64,000 nt of DNA, taken from NCBI GenBank assembly GCA_964016885.1, contig OZ024756.1, positions 26,102,001 to 26,166,000 on the forward strand, in the 5' to 3' direction. The translations under genes were made by a program, and so were the position numbers. This DNA comes from Eledone cirrhosa (Eukaryota). Each line of letters begins with the position of its first letter. Positions within the stretch are counted from its first letter, which is position 1. Below the pieces are notes generated by a model, which was not told the origin of the DNA, ran no database searches, and saw nothing but the letters and a program-made list of their open reading frames with translations. Shown here piece after piece: positions 51,409 to 64,000 of the stretch.

Positions 51409-53155
51409 CTGTAGGAAGAGAAGTGGGTGGGTAGTAGCTTGATGAAGTTTGTAAGCACAGTGACACACAGACAGAGGGACAGTAGAGGAGGTGGGGAGGG
51501 TGGGGCCACAGTAGATGTTATAACCTTTATATACTTTTACTGGTTTCAGTCATTTGACTGTGGCGATGCTGGGGCACCGTCTCAAAGAGAATTAGTCGTT
51601 CATATGTATCTTCTCAGTTTTATATTTGAGAAAAAAGATATGATGGCCATGATCGTAAACCCAGAAGTCTCAAACACGTGGCCTGCAAACTATGGCCTGT
51701 GGCAGAACAATTTTCGTGACTAAGGAAATTTTGAAATGGAAAATTTGTCCCCCTACATTTTGTTTTAATTCACATATCCCACTTATTATTATATGTGTAT
51801 TCATTTTGATGTAAAAATAAATAGCAGCCTATTGTAGATTAGCATTATAACTGATAAAAACCTCATAATGTCCACTAGTCAGTGAAGACAAACAGATTTA
51901 TATAGAGAATAATTGGTAACTCAGAGACGCCATCTGCATGGAAAAACAACTATAGTTAAATTTTCTATTCAGATGTTGTTGATCCACTGTTGGATAAAAA
52001 AACTCAACATACCATTGCCAGATTATTTAACCCTTGTCTGGCTAAAATTCTCTCACCTCTTTCTGTTCAAACCAGCCGTAACTGGCCACTCATACTGATG
52101 TTAAGGTATTGTTCTCAAAATCTCATAGATATGATATTATGTGAGATAATAAGTCTTTACCGCAAAAATACAATAGTATATATAGAGTAATGTACATGCT
52201 AAAGGGTTAAGCTTGTTGTAGCCATACCTGTCCACATGGGCCAGTTATGTGGGGTCCCCATGTAGTAAGGTCATCAGCACTTGAACAGTTGTGTGTTGGG
52301 GAAGGGGTGTCCATGTAGTTGGGATGGGTGTGGAACAGGGATCGGGGAATAACATATTTACACCAACATAAATGTGAAGTTGTGGCAATTATGGACAATG
52401 CCAAACTGTGGGACAGTGAACTCAATATCATAAAATGAAATAAAATAAAACAAAAGTGTGTAGAAATTACATTAGCAGCAATTGTAGAATGTGATACACA
52501 GTGAGAATGACTAGCAAGGGTTAATGTGAAAGCCAGCTACAAAATGCCAGGAATATAATACATGTTTTCAATCATTTTAATATCATTTTTATTGTTTAAC
52601 CCTTTTGTGATAGTAATTTGAATGAAATACACTCTATTTCAATTAATTATAAAGAATTTTAAGGGATTTATCAAAATTATTAATTATTTCATTACTAAGA
52701 TAGTAACTTAACATATGGTTCTTATATAAAATTGTTTGAAGATTTAAATTTAAATAGGAACCCTTTAAAATGGGTGGTTTAATTTAAATAGGAACCCTTT
52801 AAAATGGGTGGTTTAATTAGAACCACAGCTAGTTTTGACTGGGTTGGTATCAAAAAAAGGTTAAGTTAGGAAAGGAAGGGTAGTGCCCATGACCCTTTCA
52901 GGACCTCCAAGATTGGTAGGGGGAAAGGAAGGAGGAGTATCCTTAAATTGGAGGCCTGACTTAGACACTTGCAACAGAGTGGATTCCACTAAAAGTATCC
53001 AAGACCTGGGTGGTGGTATTATGTTTACCACCCCAGAACCTGGTGGTGATGTTAAACTGGGTGACAGATTATGCTTACCACCCAAGGACCGGGTCATCAT
53101 CATCATCATCATCTTCATTTAACGTCCATCTTCCACTCTAGTATGGGTTAGACAG

Positions 53156-55600
53156 GGTGTTGGTGTTAAACCAGGTGACAGATTAAGTCTACCACTCCAG
53201 AGCTGGGTAGCAGTATTATGTCTACCACCCCAGAACTGGGTGTTGGTGTTAAACCTAGTGATAGATTAAATCTACTATCTCAGAGTTGGGTAGCAGTATT
53301 ATGTCTACCACCCCAGAACTAGGCGTTGGTGTTAAACCTAGTGATAGATTAGGTCTACCACTCCAGAGCTGGGTAGCAGTATTATGTCTACCACCCTAGA
53401 ACTGGGTGTTGGTGTTAAACCTAGTGATAGATTAGGTCTACCACTCCAGAGCTGGGTAGCAGTATTATGTCTACCACCCTAGAACTAGGCGTTGGTGTTA
53501 AACCTAGTGATAGATTAAATCTACTATCTCAGAGCTGGGTAGCAGTATTATGTCTACCACCCTAGAACTAGGCGTTGGTGTTAAACCTAGTGATAGATTA
53601 AATCTACTATCTCAGAGCTGGGTAGCAGTATTATGTCTACCACCCTAGAACTAGGTGTTGGTGTTAAACCTAGTGATAGATTAAATCTACTATCTCAGAG
53701 CTGGGTAGCAGTATTATGTCTACCACCCCAGAACTGGGTGTTGGTGTTAAACCTAGTGATAGATTAAATCTACTATCTCAGAGCTGGGTAGCAGTATTAT
53801 GTCTACCACCCCAGAACTGGGTGTTGGTGTTAAACCTAGTGATAGATTAAATCTACTATCTCAGAGCTGGGTAGCAGTATTATGTCTACCACCCCAGAAC
53901 TGGGTGTTGGTGTTAAACCTAGTGATAGATTAAATCTACTATCTCAGAGCTGGGTAGCAGTATTATGTCTACCACCCCAGAACTGGGCGTTGGTGTTAAA
54001 CCTAGTGATAGATTAAATCTACTATCTCAGAGCTGGGTAGCAGTATTATGTCTACCACCCCAGAACTGGGTGTTGGTGTTAAACCTAGTGATAGATTAAA
54101 TCTACTATCTCAGAGCTGGGTAGCAGTATTATGTCTACCACCCCAGAACTGGGTGTTGGTGTTAAACCTAGTGATAGATTAAATCTACTATCTCAGAGCT
54201 GGGTAGCAGTATTATGTCTACCACCCCAGAACTGGGCGTTGGTGTTAAACCTAGTGATAGATTAAATCTACTATCTCAGAGCTGGGTAGCAGTATTATGT
54301 CTACCACCCCAGAACTGGGTGTTGGTGTTAAACCTAGTGATAGATTAAATCTACTATCTCAGAGCTGGGTAGCAGTATTATGTCTACCACCCCAGAACTG
54401 GGTGTTGGTGTTAAACCTAGTGATAGATTAAATCTACTATCTCAGAGCTGGGTAGCAGTATTATGTCTACCACCCCAGAACTGGGTGTTGGTGTTAAACC
54501 TAGTGATAGATTAAATCTACTATCTCAGAGCTGGGTAGCAGTATTATGTCTACCACCCCAGAACTGGGCGTTGGTGTTAAACCTAGTGATAGATTAAATC
54601 TACTATCTCAGAGCTGGGTAGCAGTATTATGTCTACCACCCCAGAACTGGGTGTTGGTGTTAAACCTAGTGATAGATTAAATCTACTATCTCAGAGCTGG
54701 GTAGCAGTATTATGTCTACCACCCCAGAACTGGGTGTTGGTGTTAAACCTAGTGATAGATTAAATCTACTATCTCAGAGCTGGGTAGCAGTATTATGTCT
54801 ACCACCCCAGAACTGGGCGTTGGTGTTAAACCTAGTGATAGATTAAATCTACTATCTCAGAGCTGGGTAGCAGTATTATGTCTACCACCCCAGAACTGGG
54901 TGTTGGTGTTAAACCTAGTGATAGATTAAATCTACTATCTCAGAGCTGGGTAGCAGTATTATGTCTACCACCCCAGAACTGGGTGTTGGTGTTAAACCTA
55001 GTGATAGATTAAATCTACTATCTCAGAGCTGGGTAGCAGTATTATGTCTACCACCCCAGAACTGGGCGTTGGTGTTAAACCTAGTGATAGATTAAATCTA
55101 CTATCTCAGAGCTGGGTAGCAGTATTATGTCTACCACCCCAGAACTGGGTGTTGGTGTTAAACCTAGTGATAGATTAAATCTACTATCTCAGAGCTGGGT
55201 AGCAGTATTATGTCTACCACCCCAGAACTGGGTGTTGGTGTTAAACCTAGTGATAGATTAAATCTACTATCTCAGAGCTGGGTAGCAGTATTATGTCTAC
55301 CACCCCAGAACTAGGTGTTGGTGTTAAACCTAGTGATAGATTAGGTCTACCACTCCAGAGCTGGGTAGCAGTATTATGTCTACCACCCTAGAACTAGGCG
55401 TTGGTGTTAAACCTAGTGATAGATTAAATCTACTATCTCAGAGCTGGGTAGCAGTATTATGTCTACCACCCCAGAACTAGGTGTTGGTGTTAAACCTAGT
55501 GATAGATTAGGTCTACCACTCCAGAGCTGGGTAGCAGTATTATGTCTACCACCCTAGAACTAGGCGTTGGTGTTAAACCTAGTGATAGATTAAATCTACT
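53156..55600. repeat. 83-bp minisatellite (~29 copies)
   Basis: Unit GGGTGTTGGTGTTAAACCTAGTGATAGATTAAATCTACTATCTCAGAGCTGGGTAGCAGTATTATGTCTACCACCCCAGAACT; 54151 to 54981 is 10 x 83. Confidence 0.98.
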
Positions 55601-56738
55601 ACCCAAGTAGGCCTCAGTAAGATGTACATTCAGAACTGAAAGGGCTAGGACAAATAATGGTTTCTGATTTAGGCACAAGGCCAACAGTTTTAGGGGAGGG
55701 GAAGTCGATTAAATCAATCTCAGTCCATTACTGGTGCTTTATTTTATCAATCTCGTAAGGATGAAAGGCAAAGCTAACCTCAGTGGGATTTGAACTCAGA
55801 ACATAAAGGGCCGTAACTCTGTGCTGCAAAACATGTTGTCCAACGCTTTACCAATACTGCCAAGCTAAGACAAATAATACAAAATATTTTGTCTGATGCT
55901 TTAAAAATTTCATGGTTCCACCACCACTCTGGTCTGGTACTATATTTTACTGACCCCAAAAAGGATGAAAGGCAAGGTTGACTTTGATAGGATTTGAACT
56001 CAGAGTGCAAAGTGTTTGAACAAATACTATATGGCAGTTTGTTCTGTGCTCTAATCACTTTGCCAATATGTTTATTCACGTGACTAAAACAAGCTCACAC
56101 ATGGACAAAAAAAAAAGAAAAAAAGCCATGAATTAAAAACATGTTTTCAATCAGTGAAGCTAGGACATGCTAAAGGGTGTGAGGGAGTCAACAGCAGCAG
56201 AAGAAAGTCAATGAATGGAGAACTTACTAGAATGTTGAGGTTAAAAAGAAAGAGAAGGAAGCAAAACTAGAAAAACCTCATTCAAAACAATATTGTACAT
56301 ATTCAATTAATCAACATATTGTACATATTAAATCCTTATTGAAGATATTGATCTAAAATAGTGAACACAAACAAAACAGCTTCAAACCAAGCCTAGAGTG
56401 AGAAACTCTGTGGAAACCTGTCAGATGAATATTGTACCTGTAGTTCAAAGGTCCAGCTTTGGTCTTGCACTGTACCATGCTGATTCTGTCTGAGAAGTAC
56501 ATTAAGGGTGTATGTGACTGTGGAATACTCAGCCTCGTATACATTCATTTAAAAAGTAAGCTGTTCTGTTAATTGTAAAACTGGAAGACTCATCATCCAA
56601 TATTATCTCTCCTCCCCTTACAAGATAATAAGTTGTGATTTGAAGGAAATTTGGCTGCTGTTTCTAGTAGATTGAGAGACTCCATTGCTGGCTTGTTTAG
56701 TTAAGTCTAAAGGTAACTGTTCCATAAGTTATGGCCAC

Positions 56739-56831
56739 TTACCAACTGTTGGCTTTTGGTCGGAGATCTTCAATGATAGCATCAATGACATCTGTAGTAG
56801 ACGAAGTGCCACCAACATCAGGTGTGTGAAT
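56739..56831 (-). CDS. IDH3G: IDH3 gamma, C-terminal coding exon
   Basis: Acceptor ttcattttag|; IHTPDVGGTSSTTDVIDAIIEDLRPKANSW* (human MHTPDIGGQGTT). The stop overlaps a TG|GTAAGT donor. Confidence 0.92.
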   Translation of the reverse strand: MHTPDVGGTSSTTDVIDAIIEDLRPKANSW

Positions 56832-56899
56832 CTAAAATGAAGGCGACATTGTTGTTAATTAATGTTTTGATTTCATCAGTCTGGTATTTCTCTACCAAC

Positions 56900-59733
56900 A
56901 ATCTGTGACTATATCTCACCAGTATTCCAGTACCATCAATATGTGACTATATCCCACCATCCCAGTATTCCAGTACCATCAATATGTGACTATATCCCAC
57001 CATCCCAGTATTCCAGTACCAACAATATGTGACTATATCCCACCATCCCAGTATTCCAGTACCAACAATATGTGACTATATCCCACCATCCCAGTATTCC
57101 AGTACCAACAATGTGTGACTATATCCCACCATCCCAGTATTCCAGTACCAACAATGTGTGACTATATCCCACCATCCCAGTATTCCAGTACCAACAATAT
57201 GTGACTATATCCCACCATCCCAGTATTCCAGTACCATCAATATGTGACTATATCCCACCATCCCAGTATTCCAGTACCAACAATATGTGACTATATCCCA
57301 CCATCCCAGTATTCCAGTACCAACAATATGTGACTATATCCCACCATCCCAGTATTCCAGTACCAACAATATGTGACTATATCCCACCATCCCAGTACCA
57401 ACAATGTGTGACTATATCCCACCATCCCAGTATTCCAGTACCAACAATATGTGACTATATCCCACCATCCCAGTACCAACAATGTGTGACTATATCCCAC
57501 CATCCCAGTATTCCAGTACCAACAATATGTGACTATATCCCACCATCCCAGTATTCCAGTACCATCAATATGTGACTATATCCCACCATCCCAGTATTCC
57601 AGTACCAACAATGTGTGACTATATCCCACCATCCCAGTATTCCAGTACCAACAATGTGTGACTATATCCCACCATCCCAGTACCAACAATGTGTGACTAT
57701 ATCCCACCATCCCAGTATTCCAGTACCATCAATATGTGACTATATCCCACCATCCCAGTATTCCAGTACCAACAATATGAGACTATATCCCACCATCCCA
57801 GTATTCCAGTACCAACAATGTGTGACTATATCCCACCATCCCAGTATTCCAGTACCATCAATATGTGACTATATCCCACCATCCCAGTATTCCAGTACCA
57901 TCAATATGTGACTATATCCCACCATCCCAGTATTCCAGTACCATCAATATGTGACTATATCTCCCCATCCCAGTACCATCAATATGTGACTATATCTCCC
58001 CATCCCAGTATTCCAGTACCAACAATATGTGACTATATCCCACCATCCCAGTATTCCAGTACCAACAATGTGTGACTATATCCCACCATCCCAGTATTCC
58101 AGTACCAACAATGTGTGACTATATCCCACCATCCCAGTATTCCAGTACCAACAATGTGTGACTATATCCCACCATCCCACCATCCCAGTATTCCAGTACC
58201 AACAATATGAGACTATATCCCACCATCCCAGTATTCCAGTACCAACAATGTGTGACTATATCCCACCATCCCAGTATTCCAGTACCAACAATGTGTGACT
58301 ATATCCCACCATCCCAGTATTCCAGTACCAACAATGTGTGACTATATCCCACCATCCCAGTATTCCAGTACCAACAATGTGACTATATCCCACCATACCA
58401 GTATCACAGTACCAACAATATGTGACTATATCCCACCATCCCAGTATTCCAGTACCAACAATGTGTGACTATATCCCACCATCCCAGTATTCCAGTACCA
58501 ACAATGTGTGACTATATCTCCCCATCCCAGTATTCCAGTACCAACAATATGAGACTATATCCCACCATCCCAGTATTCCAGTACCAACAATGTGTGACTA
58601 TATCCCACCATCCCAGTATTCCAGTACCAACAATGTGTGACTATATCCCACCATCCCAGTATTCCAGTACCATCAATGTGTGACTATATCTCCCCATCCC
58701 AGTATTCCAGTACCAACAATATGTGACTATATCCCACCATCCCAGTATTCCAGTACCAACAATGTGTGACTATATCCCACCATCCCAGTATTCCAGTACC
58801 AACAATGTGTGACTATATCCCACCATCCCAGTATTCCAGTACCAACAATGTGTGACTATATCTCCCCATCCCAGTATTCCAGTACCAACAATATGTGACT
58901 ATATCCCACCATCCCAGTATTCCAGTACCAACAATGTGTGACTATATCCCACCATCCCAGTATTCCAGTACCAACAATGTGTGACTATATCCCACCATCC
59001 CAGTATTCCAGTACCAACAATATGTGACTATATCCCACCATCCCAGTACTCCAGTACCAACAATATGTGACTATATCCCACCATCCCAGTATTCCAGTAC
59101 CAACAATGTGTGACTATATCCCACCATCCCAGTATTCCAGTACCAACAATATGTGACTATATCCCACCATCCCAGTACTCCAGTACCAACAATATGTGAC
59201 TATATCCCACCATCCCAGTATTCCAGTACCAACAATGTGTGACTATATCCCACCATCCCAGTATTCCAGTACCAACAATGTGTGACTATATCCCACCATC
59301 CCAGTATTCCAGTACCAACAATATGTGACTATATCCCACCATCCCAGTATTCCAGTACCAACAATGTGTGACTATATCCCACCATCCCAGTATTCCAGTA
59401 CCAACAATGTGTGACTATATCCCACCATCCCAGTATTCCAGTACCAACAATGTGTGACTATATCCCACCATCCCAGTATTCCAGTACCAACAATGTGTGA
59501 CTATATCCCACCATCCCAGTATTCCAGTACCAACAATGTGTGACTATATCTCCCCATCCCAGTATACCAGTACCAACAATATGTGACTATATCCCACCAT
59601 CCCAGTACCATCAATATGTGACTATATCTCCCCATCCCAGTATTCCAGTACCAACAATGTGTGACTATATCTCCCCATCCCAGTATTCCAGTACCAACAA
59701 TGTGTGACTATATCCCACCATCCCAGTGCCAAC
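56900..59733. repeat. 43-bp minisatellite (~65 copies, with 35-bp variants) in the IDH3G intron
   Basis: Unit ATATGTGACTATATCCCACCATCCCAGTATTCCAGTACCAACA. Confidence 0.98.
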
Positions 59734-59734
59734 A

Positions 59735-60405
59735 ATAATAATAATAATAATAATTGTTTCTTATATAGGCACAAGTCCAGCAATTTTGGCGGAGGGGAAA
59801 GTCGATTAAATCGACCCCAGTGCGTGACTGGTATTTTATTTTATCGACCCCGTAAGGATGAAAGGTAAAGTTAACCTCGGCGGGATTTGAACTCAGATCA
59901 TAAAGGGCCGTAACTCTATCTGCTGCAAAGCATGGCGTTCGGCCCGCTACCGAAACTGCCAATCCACCGCCCTAACAATAATAATAATAATTGTTTCTAG
60001 TTTTGGCACAAGGCCAGCAATTACCCAGTGCATTACTGGTACTTTATTTTATCGACCCCGTAAGGATGAAAAGCAAAGTTAACATCGACGGGATTTGAAC
60101 TCTGATCGTAAAGGGACGAAACTCTTGGCGACAAAGCATGGCGTCCGACCCTCTACTGATACTGCCAATAATGAAATTATTGTGTACAGGGCTTAGGTGC
60201 ACTACAACTCAGCAAAGGGGCATGCATAGCACATAGAATAATTGTTTCTACTTTTGGCACAAGGCCAGCAATCATCCCAGTGTATTACTGGTACTTTATT
60301 TTATCGACCTCGTAAGGATGAAAGGCAAAGTTAACCTTGGCAAGATTTGAACTCAGACCATAAAGGGCCGTAACTCTTTGCTGCAAAGCATGGCGTCCGA
60401 CCCTC
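59735..60405 (-). mobile_element. Three head-to-tail family B SINEs
   Basis: Three 'attgtttct...ggcacaag...gatttgaactc...caaagcatggcgt' copies. Confidence 0.88.
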
Positions 60406-60407
60406 AA

Positions 60408-60790
60408 GAAAGTGAACAATGTATGTCATGATACACATACACACACGTGTGTGTATGGAGAAGGAATATCAGGTGTAGTGTTGGCGAATTTCGGGAAGCA
60501 TGGAAGTTTTGATAGATGCAGTGTCCTGACAGCTAACAACTGATGCAGGTAGTTTATTCCATGCTTCAGCAACTCTGAGCATGACAGAATGTTTCCCAAT
60601 GTCATGGTAGCTGTACTGTTTTCTGATTTTGTAAGCATGTCCACAGGTGTTAGACATATGGAATTCAAAAAGGTGCTCAGGATGGTTGTTGGAAAGGTGG
60701 TTAATAATCTTGTGGGTGTCTACAAAGTCAGTTGCCAGACGGAGCTTTAATGTATCTATACCTTAATGGTAGATGCCTGATGGAGGGTAT
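60408..60790 (-). mobile_element. CR1/L2-type LINE 3' fragment
   Basis: NTCGHAYKIRKQ...LRVAEAWNKLPASVVS; same family as 50294..50482. Its tail appears displaced to ~60168-60240 by a SINE insertion. Confidence 0.85.
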
Positions 60791-60826
60791 TCCAAATCAA
60801 TAACCAATCAGATAAACAATACTTAC

Positions 60827-60887
60827 TTTCTTATTAGTCAACACATTCATTACTGACTCTCGAATCATCGTTGCATATTGGTAGCAG
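60827..60887 (-). CDS. IDH3G: IDH3 gamma exon (61 bp)
   Basis: ccatttcag|...|gtaagt; (G)CYQYATMIRESVMNVLTNKK; phase 2/0 fits both neighbours. Confidence 0.92.
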
Positions 60888-61802
60888 CTGAAATGGTAAG
60901 CCAGAAAGACATTCACTATAGTTTGAAAATAATTTTGAAAATTATCAAGAATTTGGAGTGATTTAGTAAAATAACTATGTTTCTTGTTATTAAGCTGGTG
61001 TTTGAAACATAACTTAACAAAGGTTCTTACATGAAATTATGGTAGAAGGTTTTGAAATAAATATAGACACTGTAAAACAAACAGCTTTGTATTGTAGAAC
61101 CTGAGGTGGTTTGAAATAAAAATAGTTAAGAAATTATGGTGGAAGGATTTTAGATAAATATAAACACTTTAAAACTACCAGCTTTGTATCGTAGAAACAG
61201 AGGTGGTTTTATATAAAAATAGTTAAGTATACAGACTGTATAACTACTGTATAACCAAGCTATCATATCCAAGTGTAACCATCCTGCAGTATTTGTTAGG
61301 GTTCTTTATGTTCTGAGTCCAAATTCCACCGAGGTCAACTTTACCTTTCATCTTTAGAGGGTTGATAAAATAGAAGTACCAGTCAATAATCAACTTTCCC
61401 CTGCCACACAACTGCTGACATTGTGTCAATGTGAGAAAGAATTGTTTTATTTTTCTGAAATATATTATCTAATTTGTCCTAATTTTTTGAAAGAGTGTGC
61501 TGTGTAACTTGAGGGGGATTTGGCTGCTTTTTCTAATAGGCCGAATGACCAGCACAATTGCAAACTATAAAACAAAACCTTATAGATGACTGTCGAATAT
61601 AGAGAGATGTAGAGACTAGAATTAGTCAACTAAATATATACTAGTGGACAAATTATTGTGAAAATAAAGTAAAGTAAAGACTTTAATTTTCAATGTGGGG
61701 CATAGTGCTGTTTTGTACTTTTCAAGAATGTCATGGTAATGTGGTTTCATATGGCACAGCATATTTAAAATTAAAGAGATTCAGATAGATAGGTATACTT
61801 AC

Positions 61803-61897
61803 CCCAGATAATCTAACATGTCACAGCTGGCCAGTAACATACCGGTGGGGTTGGCAATGTTTTTGCCCTGGATAGAGCGGCCTGAGTTACGGGTACC
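61803..61897 (-). CDS. IDH3G: IDH3 gamma exon (95 bp)
   Basis: [31 protein letters not shown](G). 'TRN.G.SI..KNIANPT..LLASC.MLD.L' fits gamma (human [31 protein letters not shown]) better than beta. Confidence 0.96.
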
Positions 61898-62669
61898 CTG
61901 TAATATGACAAAAACAAAGGGTATAAACATACATACACACACAGACAGAGTGTATATATATAAATATACACACAGAAGACCTGCCCTCCCATATGTAAGA
62001 GCTGAGGTATACATCTAGTATGCACCACCTTTCTGTAATCACCCCACTCTTATATCTACCTCCCCAATTCTTCATGCATCCCCCAAGTCATCAATCCATA
62101 CCATAAAGTGGTCACCCTGGAGCCATGACAATAAGCGCCCAATTAATGTTGTAAAGTGGTTGTGTAGGTGTCATGACAAAAAGCACCCAGTACACACTGT
62201 AAATGTGGTTGGTGTTAAGAAGGGCATCCAGGTGTAGAAACCATTAGAAACCACGCTGAAATCAGTTCTGTGTGAGCAAAACACGGTCCTCCGACCTGGA
62301 TGTCTCACAACGAGACAGAACATCCTTCCATCCTAACGTGGAAAATAAACGTTAAATGATGATGATACTGATGATATATATATATATAGTTGAAAAAGGA
62401 GAGAAAATTCCATACAAATAAAAAATTATAGGTAAAAAGTAAAAGTGAAAGTGAAAAAGCCCAGGGGTATATCTAAATATTATTTTTTTAATCTGAAAGA
62501 ATGAATATTTTTATAATTGTCACATTAAATGGATTTAAATTTTGTCAAATATTACTGGTTTCAATTGGTTTGTCAATCTTATCAAATATTAAAAAAGTTT
62601 ATTATATATATATTTCAATCTGTATTACACAAAAATTTGGTTGGTTGTTCAATATATAGCATGACTAAC

Positions 62670-62816
62670 CGCTTCAAAAATGGCATAGAAGTCTCCAATA
62701 TTTCTACCAGGTACCACACCAGCTCCTCCAACCATTCCAGTTGCCACGTTGCTTAGAATGTTCCCATACAAGTTTGGTAATACTAAGACATCAAACTGCT
62801 GTGGATAGGAAACCAT
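62670..62816 (-). CDS. IDH3G: IDH3 gamma exon (147 bp)
   Basis: [49 protein letters not shown]; tttccag acceptor, gttagt donor. Confidence 0.96.
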
Positions 62817-63189
62817 CTGGAAATAGATATAGATAGATAGATTAGTGTAATCTGTTATTGGTTTATTACACACTCACAAGCCCATCAAGGGAAGGGGGAG
62901 AGGGGACACTGATCCCCTTATTTTTCTATGGTACACCTTCAGACTGCTTGAAAAACAAGAACGGGGTGAATAAAAGCTGCTTTGGCCAGATAGGGGCTAC
63001 AGGACTAGCTTAGTCCCTACCTACCAATGTGGACAAACAATCCAGATAATGGAGTTTCACTGCTTTGTCTGATCTCTGCTGCCACCCAAGCTGAAAAGAT
63101 CTTGCAGATTTCAATTCAATAAAAATACAAAGAGGTGCTATGTAGAGAGGTGGAAAGCTGTTTATATGACTACAGTGCTTCAAAGATAC

Positions 63190-63340
63190 AAGAAGGAAAT
63201 GGCATTTTGATTAGTTTAGTCTGTGTGACTGGGTTTAAGCCAATGATATTGATTCTTGAATTTTTGTCTGGTATAGTCTGTTTGCTCTTTATGTGAAGAT
63301 GCGTTTGTGAATGCAGCTTCACATTCGCATAATTCAAGTC
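63190..63340 (-). mobile_element. Possible hAT transposase C-terminal relic
   Basis: Frameshifted 'ECEAAF.../LHIKSKQ' resembles the hAT dimerisation motif 'CE..FS.L..IK.K.R'. Confidence 0.3.
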
Positions 63341-63536
63341 TAATTTTCCCATAAATAAAAAAATTAAAAACAACGTGTTATTCACACAAAGTTAATATTT
63401 AATAATATCTTTTCAAGAGGTGTTAAAACGCATAAAAAGCGAACAGACTACTTATTTTAATTGATTTCTATTCAAAGGAAGAAGAGGAAGAGAAGAAGAA
63501 AGCAGAAGAATAAGAAGAGGAGGCAATGATCCTTAC

Positions 63537-63639
63537 CTGCATACAAGCATTATCAACAATCATATTATTGAACTCAATTTGAGGGTAGTCTTTGGAGACA
63601 TTTTCACAACATTCCAGAAATAATCCATCACCAAGTTTC
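63537..63639 (-). CDS. IDH3G: IDH3 gamma exon (103 bp); upstream exons lie beyond the window
   Basis: (M)[34 protein letters not shown]; tttttgtag acceptor, CAG|gtaagg donor. Confidence 0.96.
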
Positions 63640-64000
63640 CTACAAAAAAAAGAAAATTTATCACCTTCAGTCTTCTTGTATCCACACTAAAAGATGGCAG
63701 TAAGTCACGCTGTGGATATTTTAAGGTGTGATAATGTTATAGCTACTTCAGTCTGTAATGTGGTTGGTGTTAGGAAGGAAATCCAACTATAGGAACCATG
63801 CCAAATATGGAATGTATGAGCAAGGAGTGGATTTACGACCGCTATAGTCTTGGATCGTGACAACACTGTTAATCCATACCAGCATAGAAAATAGACATAA
63901 AATGATGATGATAATTGTAATTGCTGGTGCCACGATAAAATGCACCCAGTACCTTTTGGAAAGTGGTAATGTTGGTATCATGAAAAAAAAGCACCCAGTC

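Noticed and set aside
26706-59733. Tandem arrays as CRISPR
   Set aside because: No unique spacers, no cas genes, eukaryotic context.

Overview
Eukaryotic, AT-rich, extremely repeat-dense DNA. The SINE, RTE, Penelope and (TA)n content looks like a coleoid cephalopod, probably an octopod; this is an inference from repeat style, not verified. Three spliced protein-coding genes lie on the minus strand. (1) The 3' part of IDH3G (NAD-isocitrate dehydrogenase gamma; 5 exons, 63639->56739), with a possible alternative C-terminal micro-exon at 51.4 kb. (2) An unnamed ~411-aa secreted protein with a signal peptide, an EF-hand pair and a long Asp/Glu/Ser-repeat tail full of S-x-E sites (33065->30076); this is the best candidate for a novel system, a possible calcium-mineral matrix phosphoprotein. 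(3) The first two coding exons of a WASP/N-WASP gene (18611->8093), continuing off the left edge. The rest is tRNA-derived SINEs, RTE, CR1, CRE-like and Penelope-like retroelement fragments (two sites with intact-looking hammerhead ribozymes, one of them on both strands of a 350-bp palindrome), a Gypsy integrase relic, a Helitron, TA- and TTAA-flanked MITEs, several minisatellites (33, 43, 55, 69, 77, 83 bp) and long palindromes centred on (TA)n. Most ORFs in the supplied track are microsatellite artefacts.
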